Shown: positions 50,787 through 60,668 of the stretch, piece by piece
How the letters are laid out: each line of letters begins with the position of its first letter
Numbering within the stretch: the first letter of the stretch is position 1
Origin: an uncultured Bacteroidales bacterium
GTDB lineage: Bacteria > Bacteroidota > Bacteroidia > Bacteroidales > Muribaculaceae
Assembly: GCA_905210435.1 (NCBI GenBank)
Contig: CAJLWO010000001.1
Coordinates: forward strand, 42,652 to 106,651
DNA: 64,000 bases
Direction: 5' to 3'
Position numbers and translations under genes: made by a program
Notes under the pieces: model-generated
What the model was told of the DNA's origin: nothing
The model's input: only the letters and a program-made list of their open reading frames with translations
Database searches by the model: none

Positions 50787-51032
50787 ATTCTGTAGTTTTT
50801 GAGATTGATCCCCGCCGTGCCAGGACAAGGAGTCTCAAAGCTACAAAAAATTCCCCTGCCGATGCTTCGACAGGGGTCATTTTTATGGCGCCCGCAAGGG
50901 TCATTCTTATTTCGCCCAAAGGGGTCAAATCCCGCGTGCCCGAAGGGGTCAAACGCACGCGCCTTTTCCACTATCTTTACTTCTGTAAGTAAGATATACC
51001 AGACAATTTGTTTTTCTGTCATTTTCTTGTTC

Positions 51033-51545
51033 TTATCTAATTGTTAGGCTCATTGTTGTTATACATTGTTTAATTATAGATAAATCGTGAATATCCTTCT
51101 CTCTTAAATCGTAGCCCGAATGGAATACTTGTTGCCCTTTTGCAGAAATGCAAGGGATGCTTCTGCCTTCAAAGACTGCTGTTCCAAAATAGTCCGGTTG
51201 AAATTCATACCAGCCTCCATCCAAGTCGGCTTGTTTGGAAGTGCCGTCCGCATTCAAGACAAAAGGATGGATATCAATATAGCCTAATTCTTTGCTATAC
51301 AGTTCCATACGGGTGGGCAACCAATTTGTTTCAATTTGATATCCTCTCTCCTGCAAAAGATCAAGGAGTTGGTCTGTATAATTGGCATCAAAATCAATGT
51401 CAATATCTCTATGCAAGCGGGTTTGCTGTCCGTACAAGACATCCACTCCCCAGCCTCCATCCAACCAAAACTGCATGTCCAGGCTTTCCAACAAGTCCAA
51501 AACTTGAAATAACTCTGTAATCGTAGTGTGTTCTTTCTTTGTCAT
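51033..51545 (-). CDS. lnu: Lincosamide nucleotidyltransferase, Lnu(A)/Lnu(AN2) family
   Basis: 170 aa; ELFQVLDLLESLDMQFWLDGGWGVDVLYGQQTRLHRDIDIDFDA...IPCISAKGQQVFHSGYDL closely matches LinA/LinAN2 sequences as I recall them. Confidence 0.8.
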   Translation of the reverse strand: MTKKEHTTITELFQVLDLLESLDMQFWLDGGWGVDVLYGQQTRLHRDIDIDFDANYTDQLLDLLQERGYQIETNWLPTRMELYSKELGYIDIHPFVLNADGTSKQADLDGGWYEFQPDYFGTAVFEGRSIPCISAKGQQVFHSGYDLREKDIHDLSIIKQCITTMSLTIR

Positions 51546-51569
51546 ATAATAATTCTTTAATAAATAATA

Positions 51570-52775
51570 CTATGCGTAATTATCCAACTGCTTGATTGAA
51601 GAAATAAAATTTGCACCCACTCCAATCAGAAAGATAACCCATCCGCTGATCATAAAGACGGATGTGATACCCCATGCTTCCACCCAATATCCTGAAGCTA
51701 CGATACCCAGCATTGATGGAAAGGTACTCAAACTAAAGATGAGAGAAAAAGTCCGTCCAAGCATGTCCGAAGCCAAGTTCTGCTGAATAATAGCGATGAA
51801 AAGCGCATGGTAAATGGAATAGGCTATGCCTCCTGTAAATGTTAGGCAAACAAAACCTATAAATGCGCTTGATGGTAAATAACTGGCGCTAATCAGATAC
51901 AATCCCAATATCACATAAGCCGTATGCATCACTAATGTTTGCTTGCTTTTCAAAGCCTTACAGGCAAGTACTAAACCGCCCAACAATGCCCCTGAGCCCC
52001 AACCCATTTCCACAACTCCCATTTGCAAAATGTTTCCGTTGAAATGCAGAAGCGTCATAAAAGGAAATAACGTAAAAACAGGCATAAGGACAAAAGTCAC
52101 CAGCGTAAAGCATACGAATAAAGGCAAAATGCCCATTGTACGCCGCAAGGTATGCCAACATTCCGTCAGTTCTTTTTTGAAATCTGGAAGAACTTTCGTT
52201 TTTTGAAGAGAAGGAATCTGGACACAAAGTAAGGTCAGACAAGCAGCAACAGCTCCGATCACATCTATGAGCAGAATATACTGTATGGGAAGCCAAACAA
52301 CGAGGCTTGCCCCTACAACGGGAGCTATCACCTCACTGAAGGATTGAATGGAATGGTACAAACCTGATACCCTGACAAGATGGTGCTTGGGAACCAGTAG
52401 AGGGATGCTTGCCTGTAAAGCAGGTGCATGAAACGTACTGCCTATTGAACGACAAGCAGTCAATAGATAAAAAAAAGAAAGGTCTTTATAACCCTTGGTT
52501 ATCACAATAAAAAGACATAGGGTACAGAACGCGATGAACAAGTCCGAATAAAACATCGTTTTCTTTCGATTCCATCTGTCAACATAGACCCCGGCAAACA
52601 AGCCTAATACAAATTGTGGTAAAAATCCAGCTAAAATAGCCAGAGATAAAGCTGTCGGGGATTTAAATTCGTTGCTAATCCAAAAAATAATGGAGAAGCC
52701 AACAATCGTACTTGTTAAAATAGATATGAGTTGGCCTATTCCTATCACGGCCAAAGTTGATTTCCAATGATTCAT
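51570..52775 (-). CDS. mef: Macrolide efflux MFS transporter, Mef(En2)-like
   Basis: 401 aa, 12 TM MFS; adjacent to lnu gene as in NBU2; AT-rich codon usage. Confidence 0.65.
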   Translation of the reverse strand: MNHWKSTLAVIGIGQLISILTSTIVGFSIIFWISNEFKSPTALSLAILAGFLPQFVLGLFAGVYVDRWNRKKTMFYSDLFIAFCTLCLFIVITKGYKDLSFFYLLTACRSIGSTFHAPALQASIPLLVPKHHLVRVSGLYHSIQSFSEVIAPVVGASLVVWLPIQYILLIDVIGAVAACLTLLCVQIPSLQKTKVLPDFKKELTECWHTLRRTMGILPLFVCFTLVTFVLMPVFTLFPFMTLLHFNGNILQMGVVEMGWGSGALLGGLVLACKALKSKQTLVMHTAYVILGLYLISASYLPSSAFIGFVCLTFTGGIAYSIYHALFIAIIQQNLASDMLGRTFSLIFSLSTFPSMLGIVASGYWVEAWGITSVFMISGWVIFLIGVGANFISSIKQLDNYA

Positions 52776-53102
52776 TGTGCTAATATTTCATGCGTTTATA
52801 GATAAGTACTTTCGTACATTAAGCAAAACGAAATTCTATCCACACAAAAAACTTGTATTATAATCCACTCCTGACGTTGGAATACAATAACAAATACTTT
52901 CAGGACGATGTAAAGTCCTGAAAAATCAAACTGAATGGATAGATAAATATTAGTCTTTTCTCATCGGATTCTTTTAATATCGCTACTCTTTTATTATGTA
53001 GTGGTTGTATTATCTTAAATAAAACAAAAACACCCGACTTTACATTCTTGGGTGCAAAACTGGGTGTTTGTTTTGCAATTTGCTGATTTTCAGCGTTTGT
53101 TG

Positions 53103-53187
53103 CGGAGAGAGAGGGATTCGAACCCCCGGAGGTGTGACCCTCAACGGTTTTCAAGACCGCCGCAATCGACCACTCTGCCATCTCTCC
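53103..53187 (-). tRNA. tRNA-Ser (anticodon TGA), type II with long variable arm
   Basis: Reverse complement GGAGAGATGGCAGAGTGGTCGATTGCGGCGGTCTTGAAAACCGTTGAGGGTCACACCTCCGGGGGTTCGAATCCCTCTCTCTCCG; anticodon loop CTTGAAA. Confidence 0.85.
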
Positions 53188-53424
53188 ATTGACTATTTCC
53201 GGTGTCGCTACGAGCTATTATACATCTAATCCCCAAGCGACTGCAATGTTTCTCATCTTCGACCACTGTCGACCATTCTCCATTGCGAGTGCAAAGTTAT
53301 GTCTTTTTTTTTAATTGTCCAAATTTTCAATTGCATTTTTTTGACGATTTTTCGTATATTTGCACATTATTACATCATTACAATTACATCATTACACCCA
53401 AACATCCAAAACACCAAATCTAAC

Positions 53425-55950
53425 ATGAAGAAATTCGTATGCATTCTGGCTTTATCAACACTCTTGTCGACAGGAGCCATATTCAACGCCGACGCGGCCT
53501 CCATCAACACCGGATCAACCACTACACGCCCCGACGGCAGCACGAATTTCAACCACGGCTGGACTTTCAATCTCGGCGACATCGACGGCGCAGAAATGCC
53601 CGGCTTCGACGACTCCGCATGGCGCACTCTCTCGCTCCCCCACGACTGGGCCATCGAAGGCGACTTCAGCGAAGACAACCCCTCGGGCGCAGGCGGCGGC
53701 GCACTCCCCGGAGGCATTGGCTGGTACCGCAAGACATTCACCCTGCCCGACAACGCCGGGGGCAAACGCATATTCATCGACTTCGACGGCGCATACATGA
53801 ACTCGTCGGTCTACATCAACGGCCGATACGCCGGCGGACGCCCTTACGGCTACGCTTCGTTCAGCATCGACGCCACCGACCTGCTCAACGACGGCAACAA
53901 CACCATCGCCGTGAAAGTCGACAACGCCGAGCAGCCCAACTCCCGCTGGTACTCCGGCTGCGGCATCTACCGCAACGTGTGGCTGCGGCCCGAAAACGCC
54001 CTGTTCATACCAAAGAACGGCACATACATCACCACCGACGGCAACGACATCAATATCGCAACAACCGTCGACAACACCACTTCCGCGCCGCAGGCCGTAA
54101 AGGTCGTAACCACCGTGCGCGACAGCAAAGGAAAAAAACTCACATCCGCACAGACAAACGTCATCGCCCATAACGACAGCAACACCATAGCCCATCAGAC
54201 TCTCACGGTAAAATCCCCCGAACTCTGGAGCCCGAAATCACCGACGCTCTACACCGTCACAACCGAACTCTTCGACAGCAAAGGCAGGAAACTCGACACC
54301 GATGTCACCCGCACCGGTTTCCGCACATTCCGTTTTGACGCCGACAAAGGTTTCTTCCTCAACGGCAATCACATGAAGCTCAACGGCGTATGCCTCCACC
54401 ACGACGCCGGCGCACTCGGAGCCGTAGTCAACCGCGCGGCTATCCGCCGTCAGCTCACCATGCTCAAAGATATGGGATGCAACGCCATACGCTGCACCCA
54501 CAATCCTCCCGCCCCCGAGCTTCTCGACATGTGCGACGAGATGGGATTCCTTGTGATGGACGAAGCCTTCGACATGTGGCGCAAACGGAAAACCACCTAC
54601 GACTACGCCCGTTATTTCAACGAGTGGCACGAACGTGACCTCGACGACTTCATACGCCGCGACCGCAATCACCCTTCCATAATAGTATGGAGCATCGGCA
54701 ACGAAGTGCTTGAACAATGGAACGATGCAGGCGCCGACACCCTTTCACTTGCCGAAGCCAACCTGATACTCAACTTCGGGCACTCCCCCGAGCAGCTCGC
54801 GGCCGACGACGGCACAATGTCGGTCAACTCCCTGCTCACCAAAAAACTTGCCGACCGGGTGCGCGCCCTCGACCCGCAGCGACCCGTGACCGCCGGATGC
54901 AACGAGGCCGACCCCGGCAACCACCTTTTCCGTTCGGGCGCACTCGACATCATCGGCTTCAACTACCACGACAGCTGGTTTGCAGGCGTCCCGCAGAACT
55001 TCCCCGGCAAACCGTTTGTCATCACCGAAAGCGTATCGGGACTGATGACCCGCGGTTTCTACATGATGCCGTCCGACCGGTTCTATATCTGGCCCGACAG
55101 CTGGGATCGTCCGTTCTACCACGACTCAATGTCATGCTCCTCCTACGACAACTGCTACGTGCCCTGGGGCAACTATCACGAAGGGACGATGAAACATGTG
55201 CGCGACAACGACTTCATTTCAGGCCAGTTCGTATGGACGGGATTCGACTATCTCGGCGAACCCACCCCTTACCAGTGGCCGGCGCGCAGCAGCTATTTCG
55301 GCATAATCGACCTCGCCGGATTCCCCAAGGACATCTATTACCTCTACCAAAGCGAGTGGCAGAACGACACCGACGTGCTCCACATCTTCCCCCACTGGAA
55401 CTGGACCGAGGGTGAGGAGGTCGACATCTGGGCATACTACAACAATGCCGATGAGGTTGAACTGTTTCTCAACGGCGAGTCGCTCGGCACCGCGTCAAAG
55501 ACTCCCGACCGCCTCCACGCCATGTGGCGTATACCGTTTGCTCCCGGCACACTTACAGCCGTAAGCCGGCGCGACGGAGCCGAAGTGGCCCGCGACACTG
55601 TCACGACGGCGGGGACTCCGCACAGCCTGCGTCTGACACCCGACCGCACCGTCATCGGCGCCGACGGCACAGACCTATGCTATCTCACGGTCGAGGTTGT
55701 CGATGCCGACGGCAATCTGTGTCCCCTCGCCGACAACGAAATCACATTCAGTGTCGACGGCACGGCATTCAACGCCGGAGTCGACAACGGCTGCCAGTTC
55801 TCCCACGAGCGGTTCAAGTCAGACAAGCGCAAGGCTTTCTACGGCAAAGCGTTGCTCATCGCGCAGAACGACGGCCGCGCCGGCCGGTTCACCGTCACCG
55901 CCACTTCGCCGGGACTCAACCCCGCGTCGCTGTCCCTCGCATCCGAATAA
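53425..55950 (+). CDS. Glycoside hydrolase family 2 (beta-galactosidase-like), secreted
   Basis: Signal peptide MKKFVCILALSTLLS; GH2 sugar-binding WRTLSLPHDWAIEG, WYSGCGIYRNVWL, catalytic NHPSIIVWSIGNE; ORF opens 53299 but start set at MKKF (53425). Confidence 0.8.
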   Translation: MKKFVCILALSTLLSTGAIFNADAASINTGSTTTRPDGSTNFNHGWTFNLGDIDGAEMPGFDDSAWRTLSLPHDWAIEGDFSEDNPSGAGGGALPGGIGWYRKTFTLPDNAGGKRIFIDFDGAYMNSSVYINGRYAGGRPYGYASFSIDATDLLNDGNNTIAVKVDNAEQPNSRWYSGCGIYRNVWLRPENALFIPKNGTYITTDGNDINIATTVDNTTSAPQAVKVVTTVRDSKGKKLTSAQTNVIAHNDSNTIAHQTLTVKSPELWSPKSPTLYTVTTELFDSKGRKLDTDVTRTGFRTFRFDADKGFFLNGNHMKLNGVCLHHDAGALGAVVNRAAIRRQLTMLKDMGCNAIRCTHNPPAPELLDMCDEMGFLVMDEAFDMWRKRKTTYDYARYFNEWHERDLDDFIRRDRNHPSIIVWSIGNEVLEQWNDAGADTLSLAEANLILNFGHSPEQLAADDGTMSVNSLLTKKLADRVRALDPQRPVTAGCNEADPGNHLFRSGALDIIGFNYHDSWFAGVPQNFPGKPFVITESVSGLMTRGFYMMPSDRFYIWPDSWDRPFYHDSMSCSSYDNCYVPWGNYHEGTMKHVRDNDFISGQFVWTGFDYLGEPTPYQWPARSSYFGIIDLAGFPKDIYYLYQSEWQNDTDVLHIFPHWNWTEGEEVDIWAYYNNADEVELFLNGESLGTASKTPDRLHAMWRIPFAPGTLTAVSRRDGAEVARDTVTTAGTPHSLRLTPDRTVIGADGTDLCYLTVEVVDADGNLCPLADNEITFSVDGTAFNAGVDNGCQFSHERFKSDKRKAFYGKALLIAQNDGRAGRFTVTATSPGLNPASLSLASE

Positions 55951-55995
55951 ACATCCGCTGATTAAACTTTTTGACATTGAGATTGTCATAATGTT

Positions 55996-56754
55996 ATGAG
56001 AAAATTTTTATTCATACTGTTTTTTGTAGCAGGCATAGCCTTTGGCGGACATGCCGACGTGGCCGGCGGAGAGTCGGTCAACTACCGCGTGATGTATAAA
56101 TGGGGGCTTGTCAACAAGCAGGCCGGACGTGTCAACCTGTCGACCCGCCGTGCCGGTTCAGGCGCTATTGATGCGCGGCTCGTGGCACGCTCCGAGAAAT
56201 GGGCCGATGCTTTCTACAGCGTCCGCGACACCCTCCTCGGCCGCATGAACATCGCGACCATGGAACCATCATACTACGAGAAAATCACCCACGAAGGGGG
56301 CGAATACAAGCGCGACCTCATCAACTACACCCGCAAAGGCAACCACGTGTCAGCCACCTGCAAGCGCTGGAAACAGAAATCAAAGAAAAAACCGCTCACC
56401 GAGTCGGAAATAAAACTCGAAGCCGAAGGCCTCACCCTCGACATGCTCAGTTCGTTCTACTACATGCGCTCGCTCGACTACGCCGCGATGAAGCCGGGCG
56501 ACAAGAAAGGACTGACAGTATTCTCGGGCAAACGCAAGGAACGCCTCACCATCACCTATCACGGCCGCGAGAATGTCAAAATCGACAAGGAGGAATACCC
56601 CGCCTATAAAATCTCATTCAGTTTCACCGGCGAAGGAGGCAAAAAGACATCCGACGACATGGAAGCCTGGATTTCAACCGCACCCGACAGGATTCCCCTC
56701 AAACTCGAAGGCAAACTTCCCGTAGGCAAAGTGCAGTGCTTCTACATGAAATAA
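55996..56754 (+). CDS. DUF3108-like secreted protein (hypothetical)
   Basis: Signal peptide; 252 aa; size and composition resemble Bacteroidetes DUF3108 proteins; weak assignment. Confidence 0.4.
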   Translation: MRKFLFILFFVAGIAFGGHADVAGGESVNYRVMYKWGLVNKQAGRVNLSTRRAGSGAIDARLVARSEKWADAFYSVRDTLLGRMNIATMEPSYYEKITHEGGEYKRDLINYTRKGNHVSATCKRWKQKSKKKPLTESEIKLEAEGLTLDMLSSFYYMRSLDYAAMKPGDKKGLTVFSGKRKERLTITYHGRENVKIDKEEYPAYKISFSFTGEGGKKTSDDMEAWISTAPDRIPLKLEGKLPVGKVQCFYMK

Positions 56755-56883
56755 TCCCCCGTCCCCGCCCTGCATGACCGGGCACTGTTAATATCTTTTG
56801 ACGAAATTATTTGTTGATGGTAATGAAAAGTTTTATCTTTGGTAAAATTTTTCATTACCGTTCACACACATACACCGCCGACC

Positions 56884-57507
56884 ATGAATCGCAAAGGCAA
56901 ACTCTACTTCAGATATGGCACAATGGGATCAGCCAAAACGGCACTGCTCCTTACCACAGCATACAACTTCGAGGAACGCAACATGCGCTACCTTTGCATG
57001 AAGCCCGTAATCGACACCCGCGACAAGGATAACGTAATCAAATCGCGTATCGGCATACAGCGCAAATGCGAATGGATATACCACGACACCGACCTCTACG
57101 CTTTCGCTCACGACATGTTTGAGAAAACGATGTCGGTGATTGACTGGTTCCTCCTCGACGAAGCGCAGTTCCTTACCGCCGAGCAGGTTGACCAGCTCTC
57201 GCGCGTGGTCGACGATTTCGGATCCAATGTCATATGCTACGGACTCCGCACCGACTTCCAGTCGCATCTTTTCGAAGGCTCGCGCCGCCTCTTCGAGATT
57301 GCCGACACAATCGATGAAATAAAATCGACCTGCACCTGCGGCCACAAAACCATCATCAACGCCCGCATCGACGCCAACGGCGACTTCGTAGAGGAAGGAA
57401 ACCAGGTGGAAATCGGCGGCGACGACCGCTACATAGCCGTATGCCGTAAATGCTGGCGCAACAAACGCATAGAGCAATCCTCACGCGACACCCTCCCATT
57501 CATTTAA
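56884..57507 (+). CDS. tdk: Thymidine kinase
   Basis: P-loop GTMGSAKTALLL, zinc ribbon CTCGHKTIINARID...CRKCW; start MNRKGKLYF at 56884. Confidence 0.85.
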   Translation: MNRKGKLYFRYGTMGSAKTALLLTTAYNFEERNMRYLCMKPVIDTRDKDNVIKSRIGIQRKCEWIYHDTDLYAFAHDMFEKTMSVIDWFLLDEAQFLTAEQVDQLSRVVDDFGSNVICYGLRTDFQSHLFEGSRRLFEIADTIDEIKSTCTCGHKTIINARIDANGDFVEEGNQVEIGGDDRYIAVCRKCWRNKRIEQSSRDTLPFI

Positions 57508-57626
57508 TTCATAATTCACAATTCATAATTCATAATTATCCCCTCCCGCGCAAGAGAGGGTTGCGAACCTCAAAATATACGAACGCAATTGTAGGGATGG
57601 TGTTGCAGAACTCATGTTTACAATTT

Positions 57627-57735
57627 AATGATGTAGGGCTGCTCCCCGGAGCAGCCGATAGCAAAGGTTGATTATCAGCTGCTTTGCGGCTGCACCGGGG
57701 TGCAGCCCTACAAAAAGGCGTGTCATATTTTCGAT
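57627..57735 (-). repeat. Family-1 REP/MITE-like element, copy C (inverted), nested between about 30-bp inverted AATTCATAA repeats
   Basis: Reverse complement matches copy A; flanked by ttcataattcacaattcataattcataat (57508-57540) and its reverse complement (57763-57793). Confidence 0.7.
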
Positions 57736-57794
57736 ATATTATAAGTCCTGCAACACCCTAATTATGAATTATGCATTATGAATTATGAATTGCC

Positions 57795-58979
57795 TCAGTC
57801 TTCTTCGAGTTCAATCGAGTCAAGGTCCGCATCGTCGAGCATTTCGTCGATGTCGTCCGCATCGTCCGGCTCCGGAGTATCTTCAAGCTCCGCAACTTTC
57901 CCTTTTGTCTTCTTCGCCTTCGGTTTGCCGCTTTTCTCCGCCTCGGCCAACGCCTCCATGATGCGCGCCTCAAGTTCGGCGGCGAGTTCGGGATTATCGT
58001 CGATTGCACGCTTGGCCGCATCGCGACCCTGCGCGAGATTGCGCCCTTCGTAGCGGAACCACGAACCCGATTTCTGTATGATGTTGTATTCCACGCCTAA
58101 GTCAAGTATCTCGTATGACTGCGATATACCCTCGCCGAACATTATGTCGAACTCGCAGCGTCGGAACGGAGGAGCCACCTTGTTCTTCACCACCTTCACT
58201 TTCACATGCCGCCCCAGCACATTGTCGCCGTCCTTCACCGACGTACCCGGACGTATGTCCACCCTCACCGACGAATAGAATTTCAGCGCGTTGCCTCCGG
58301 TCGTCGTCTCCGCCGGACCGAACATCGACCCGATATTCGCACGCAGCTGGTTGATGAATATGCACGTACTGTTGGTGCGCGCGATGGCTCCCGTCAGCTT
58401 ACGCATGGCCTGCGACATCAACCGTGCCTGCAGCCCCATGTTGCGGTCGCCCATCTCACCCTCAAGCTCATTCTTTGGAGTAAGCGCAGCCACCGAGTCA
58501 ACCACAATCAGGTCGACCGCCGCCGAACGTATCAGCTGCTCCACAATCTCCAGCGCCTGCTCCCCGTTGTCGGGCTGCGACATGAGCAACTCGCTGACGT
58601 CAACGCCTAATTTCTCGGCATAAAAACGGTCGAAAGCGTGCTCGGCGTCGATGATGGCCGCAATGCCGCCCTGCTTCTGCACCTGCGCGATTGCGTGTAT
58701 GGCAAGCGTCGTTTTGCCTGATGATTCCGGACCGAATATCTCGATTATCCTCCCTTTCGGGAAACCGCCCACACCAAGCGCAAAGTTCAGTCCTATCGAC
58801 CCGGTAGGAATCACCTCGACCGGCTCCGCAACCGTATCGCCCATACGCATTATCGCACCCCGCCCGAACGCTTTTTCTATCTGACCCATAGCGGCTTTGA
58901 GCGCATTGAGTTTCGCATCCTTGCCGTTGGCGGCATCCTTTATCGCCGCGGCCATTTTCTTTGTCTTTTCTGCTGCCAT
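57795..58979 (-). CDS. recA: Recombinase RecA with extended acidic C-terminal tail
   Basis: Walker [11 protein letters not shown]1/L2 loops; 394 aa with about 40 extra K/D/E-rich residues at C-terminus. Confidence 0.9.
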   Translation of the reverse strand: MAAEKTKKMAAAIKDAANGKDAKLNALKAAMGQIEKAFGRGAIMRMGDTVAEPVEVIPTGSIGLNFALGVGGFPKGRIIEIFGPESSGKTTLAIHAIAQVQKQGGIAAIIDAEHAFDRFYAEKLGVDVSELLMSQPDNGEQALEIVEQLIRSAAVDLIVVDSVAALTPKNELEGEMGDRNMGLQARLMSQAMRKLTGAIARTNSTCIFINQLRANIGSMFGPAETTTGGNALKFYSSVRVDIRPGTSVKDGDNVLGRHVKVKVVKNKVAPPFRRCEFDIMFGEGISQSYEILDLGVEYNIIQKSGSWFRYEGRNLAQGRDAAKRAIDDNPELAAELEARIMEALAEAEKSGKPKAKKTKGKVAELEDTPEPDDADDIDEMLDDADLDSIELEED

Positions 58980-59177
58980 AACTTTTATCTTTTAGAGAGA
59001 ATTGTATTTCTAAGGGAATAATTGTAATCTTCATCGCAAAGATACGCCCCGACATGGGCATGATTCATTCCCACCGTACAAAATAAATGTTAACAATTTC
59101 ATTCCGACAGCCCATACGCCCGCAATCTTGCTATCTTTGTAAACAGTAGGAGGGCATTGCAGAATAATATATTGGAA

Positions 59178-59297
59178 ATATGATACGCCATCTTGTAGGG
59201 CTGCACCCCGGTGCAGCCGCCAGACAGCAGATAATCAACTTCGTCACCGGCTGCTCCGGGGAGCAGCCCTACTTCATGCAGCCGTCAACATCACTCC
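59178..59297 (+). repeat. Family-1 REP/MITE-like element, copy B
   Basis: aatatgatacgccatcttgtagggctgcaccccggtgcagccgcc...ggctgctccggggagcagccctacttcatgcagccgtcaacatca. Confidence 0.75.
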
Positions 59298-59346
59298 TGC
59301 AACTCCCTCAAAACCACCCGACCAAAACAAAACGCCCGGTTAAGTC

Positions 59347-60249
59347 ATGATACGCATAAAAGAAGGATTTCGCGGACAACGCTCCATTGTCATCCCCAAG
59401 ATGATTACCGACATGCTCGAGCGCGACCCGCTCGGTGCCGCGCTGCATATCACCGACATAGGCTACTACCCCTCGGCACGCCACCATTTCCGCGAACGCC
59501 CCGAGGCACCCGGCCAGTTTGTGCTGATATACTGCGTGGAGGGATGCGGCTGGTACCGTCTCGGCGACACGCGCCATGAGATAACCGACGGCCAGTTCTT
59601 CATTCTCCCGCCCGACCGCCCGCATGCCTATGGCTCCGACGACACATGCCCCTGGACCATATATTGGGTACATTTCAACGGCTCGCTCGCCGCGCAGTAT
59701 GCCGAGGGAATGCATGTGCCGCACCGTATAACACCCTCCGGCAACTCCCGCATATCCGACCGCATCGCACTGTTCGAGGAGATTTTCTTCACCCTAAAAG
59801 CGGGCTACAGCATCGAAAACCTACACTACGCCCTTTCCCTCTTCCATCACTACCTCGGCTCGCTGCGCTACATACGCCAGTTCCGTCTCGCCGGAGCCTC
59901 GGCGGCCGAAACAGCCCATTCCGATACCGATGCCGCCTGCCGGTCGGCAATAAAATACATGAAAGAGAACCTCGAGCGGCACATCACACTGGCACAGATT
60001 GCCCGGTTCACCGGCTACACTCCCAACCATTTCTCGGCTATATTCAAGCGCGCCGTCGGGCATGCGCCCATCTCCTACTTCAATCTCATCAAAATGCAGG
60101 CCGCATGTCAGATGCTCGACTCCACCGACATGAGCATCAACCAGATAGCAGCCAAACTCGGGTTTGAGGACTCCTACTATTTCTCGCGCCTGTTCACAAA
60201 AATCATGGGTATGCCTCCAACAGCCTACCGCACCACAGAACGCGGCTGA
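59347..60249 (+). CDS. AraC family transcriptional regulator (cupin sensor + HTH)
   Basis: N-terminal AraC-binding-like cupin, C-terminal HTH_AraC (IARFTGYTPNHFSAIFKRAVGHAPISY). Confidence 0.75.
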   Translation: MIRIKEGFRGQRSIVIPKMITDMLERDPLGAALHITDIGYYPSARHHFRERPEAPGQFVLIYCVEGCGWYRLGDTRHEITDGQFFILPPDRPHAYGSDDTCPWTIYWVHFNGSLAAQYAEGMHVPHRITPSGNSRISDRIALFEEIFFTLKAGYSIENLHYALSLFHHYLGSLRYIRQFRLAGASAAETAHSDTDAACRSAIKYMKENLERHITLAQIARFTGYTPNHFSAIFKRAVGHAPISYFNLIKMQAACQMLDSTDMSINQIAAKLGFEDSYYFSRLFTKIMGMPPTAYRTTERG

Positions 60250-60272
60250 CAGATACGCCCGTGCGGAACGCG

Positions 60273-60668
60273 CTACTCTATCCTCCCCACGATGCGCAGC
60301 GTCACAGGCCGTCCCGGTGCCGACGTATCCATTACCCTGATTTTCTTGACAAACGACCCCGCAGGCTGCCCCGACGCATCAAACGCCACAGTCACCTCCG
60401 CCGTATCGCCCGGCTCGACAGGCTCATGCGGATATTGCGGCACGGTACATGCGCACGATGATGCCGCGCCGTATATGCTCACCGCACTGTCCGACACATT
60501 GACCGCCCTGAAGCGGCATTCATGCATATACGACCGCGCGCTCACGCCACCCACATCCATCACCGTGTCGGCATACTGCAGCGCCCTGCCTCCCGCACCG
60601 TCGGCCGCCCCGCATACGATAATGCAGAGCGCCGAGGCCGCGACAGTATGTATCCGGCGCCATCTCAT
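60273..60668 (-). CDS. DUF1573 domain protein (small secreted Ig-like protein)
   Basis: CxC...P motif (SSCACTVPQYPHEPVEPGDTAEVTVAFDASG) typical of DUF1573; 4-nt overlap with upstream CotH gene. Confidence 0.6.
   Translation of the reverse strand: MRWRRIHTVAASALCIIVCGAADGAGGRALQYADTVMDVGGVSARSYMHECRFRAVNVSDSAVSIYGAASSCACTVPQYPHEPVEPGDTAEVTVAFDASGQPAGSFVKKIRVMDTSAPGRPVTLRIVGRIE

Larger units (their letters stand above)
48302..50970 (-). mobile_element. Complete IS21-family insertion sequence (istA-istB) with multi-repeat terminal inverted repeats
   Basis: Termini TGGAAAAGGCGCGTGCGTTTGACCCCTTCGGGCACGCGGGATTTGACCCCT... at both ends in inverted orientation with reiterated GGGTCA(A/T) subrepeats; istA stop overlaps istB start; no clear target-site duplication found. 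Confidence 0.85.
51033..53102 (-). mobile_element. AT-rich remnant of an NBU2-type mobilizable transposon (resistance cargo only) abutting 3' end of tRNA-Ser
   Basis: GC drops to roughly 35-40% versus about 60% flanks; contains lnu(AN2)-like and mef(En2)-like genes; no integrase/mobilization genes present; bounded by IS21 on one side and tRNA-Ser 3' end on the other. Confidence 0.6.

Noticed and set aside
48294-50978. Target-site duplication for the IS21 element
   Set aside because: The 8 bp flanking the inferred termini (ttgttaac versus ctatcttt) do not match. Either the boundaries are off by a few bp or the insertion was followed by a rearrangement or deletion, which is consistent with the truncated NBU-like island.
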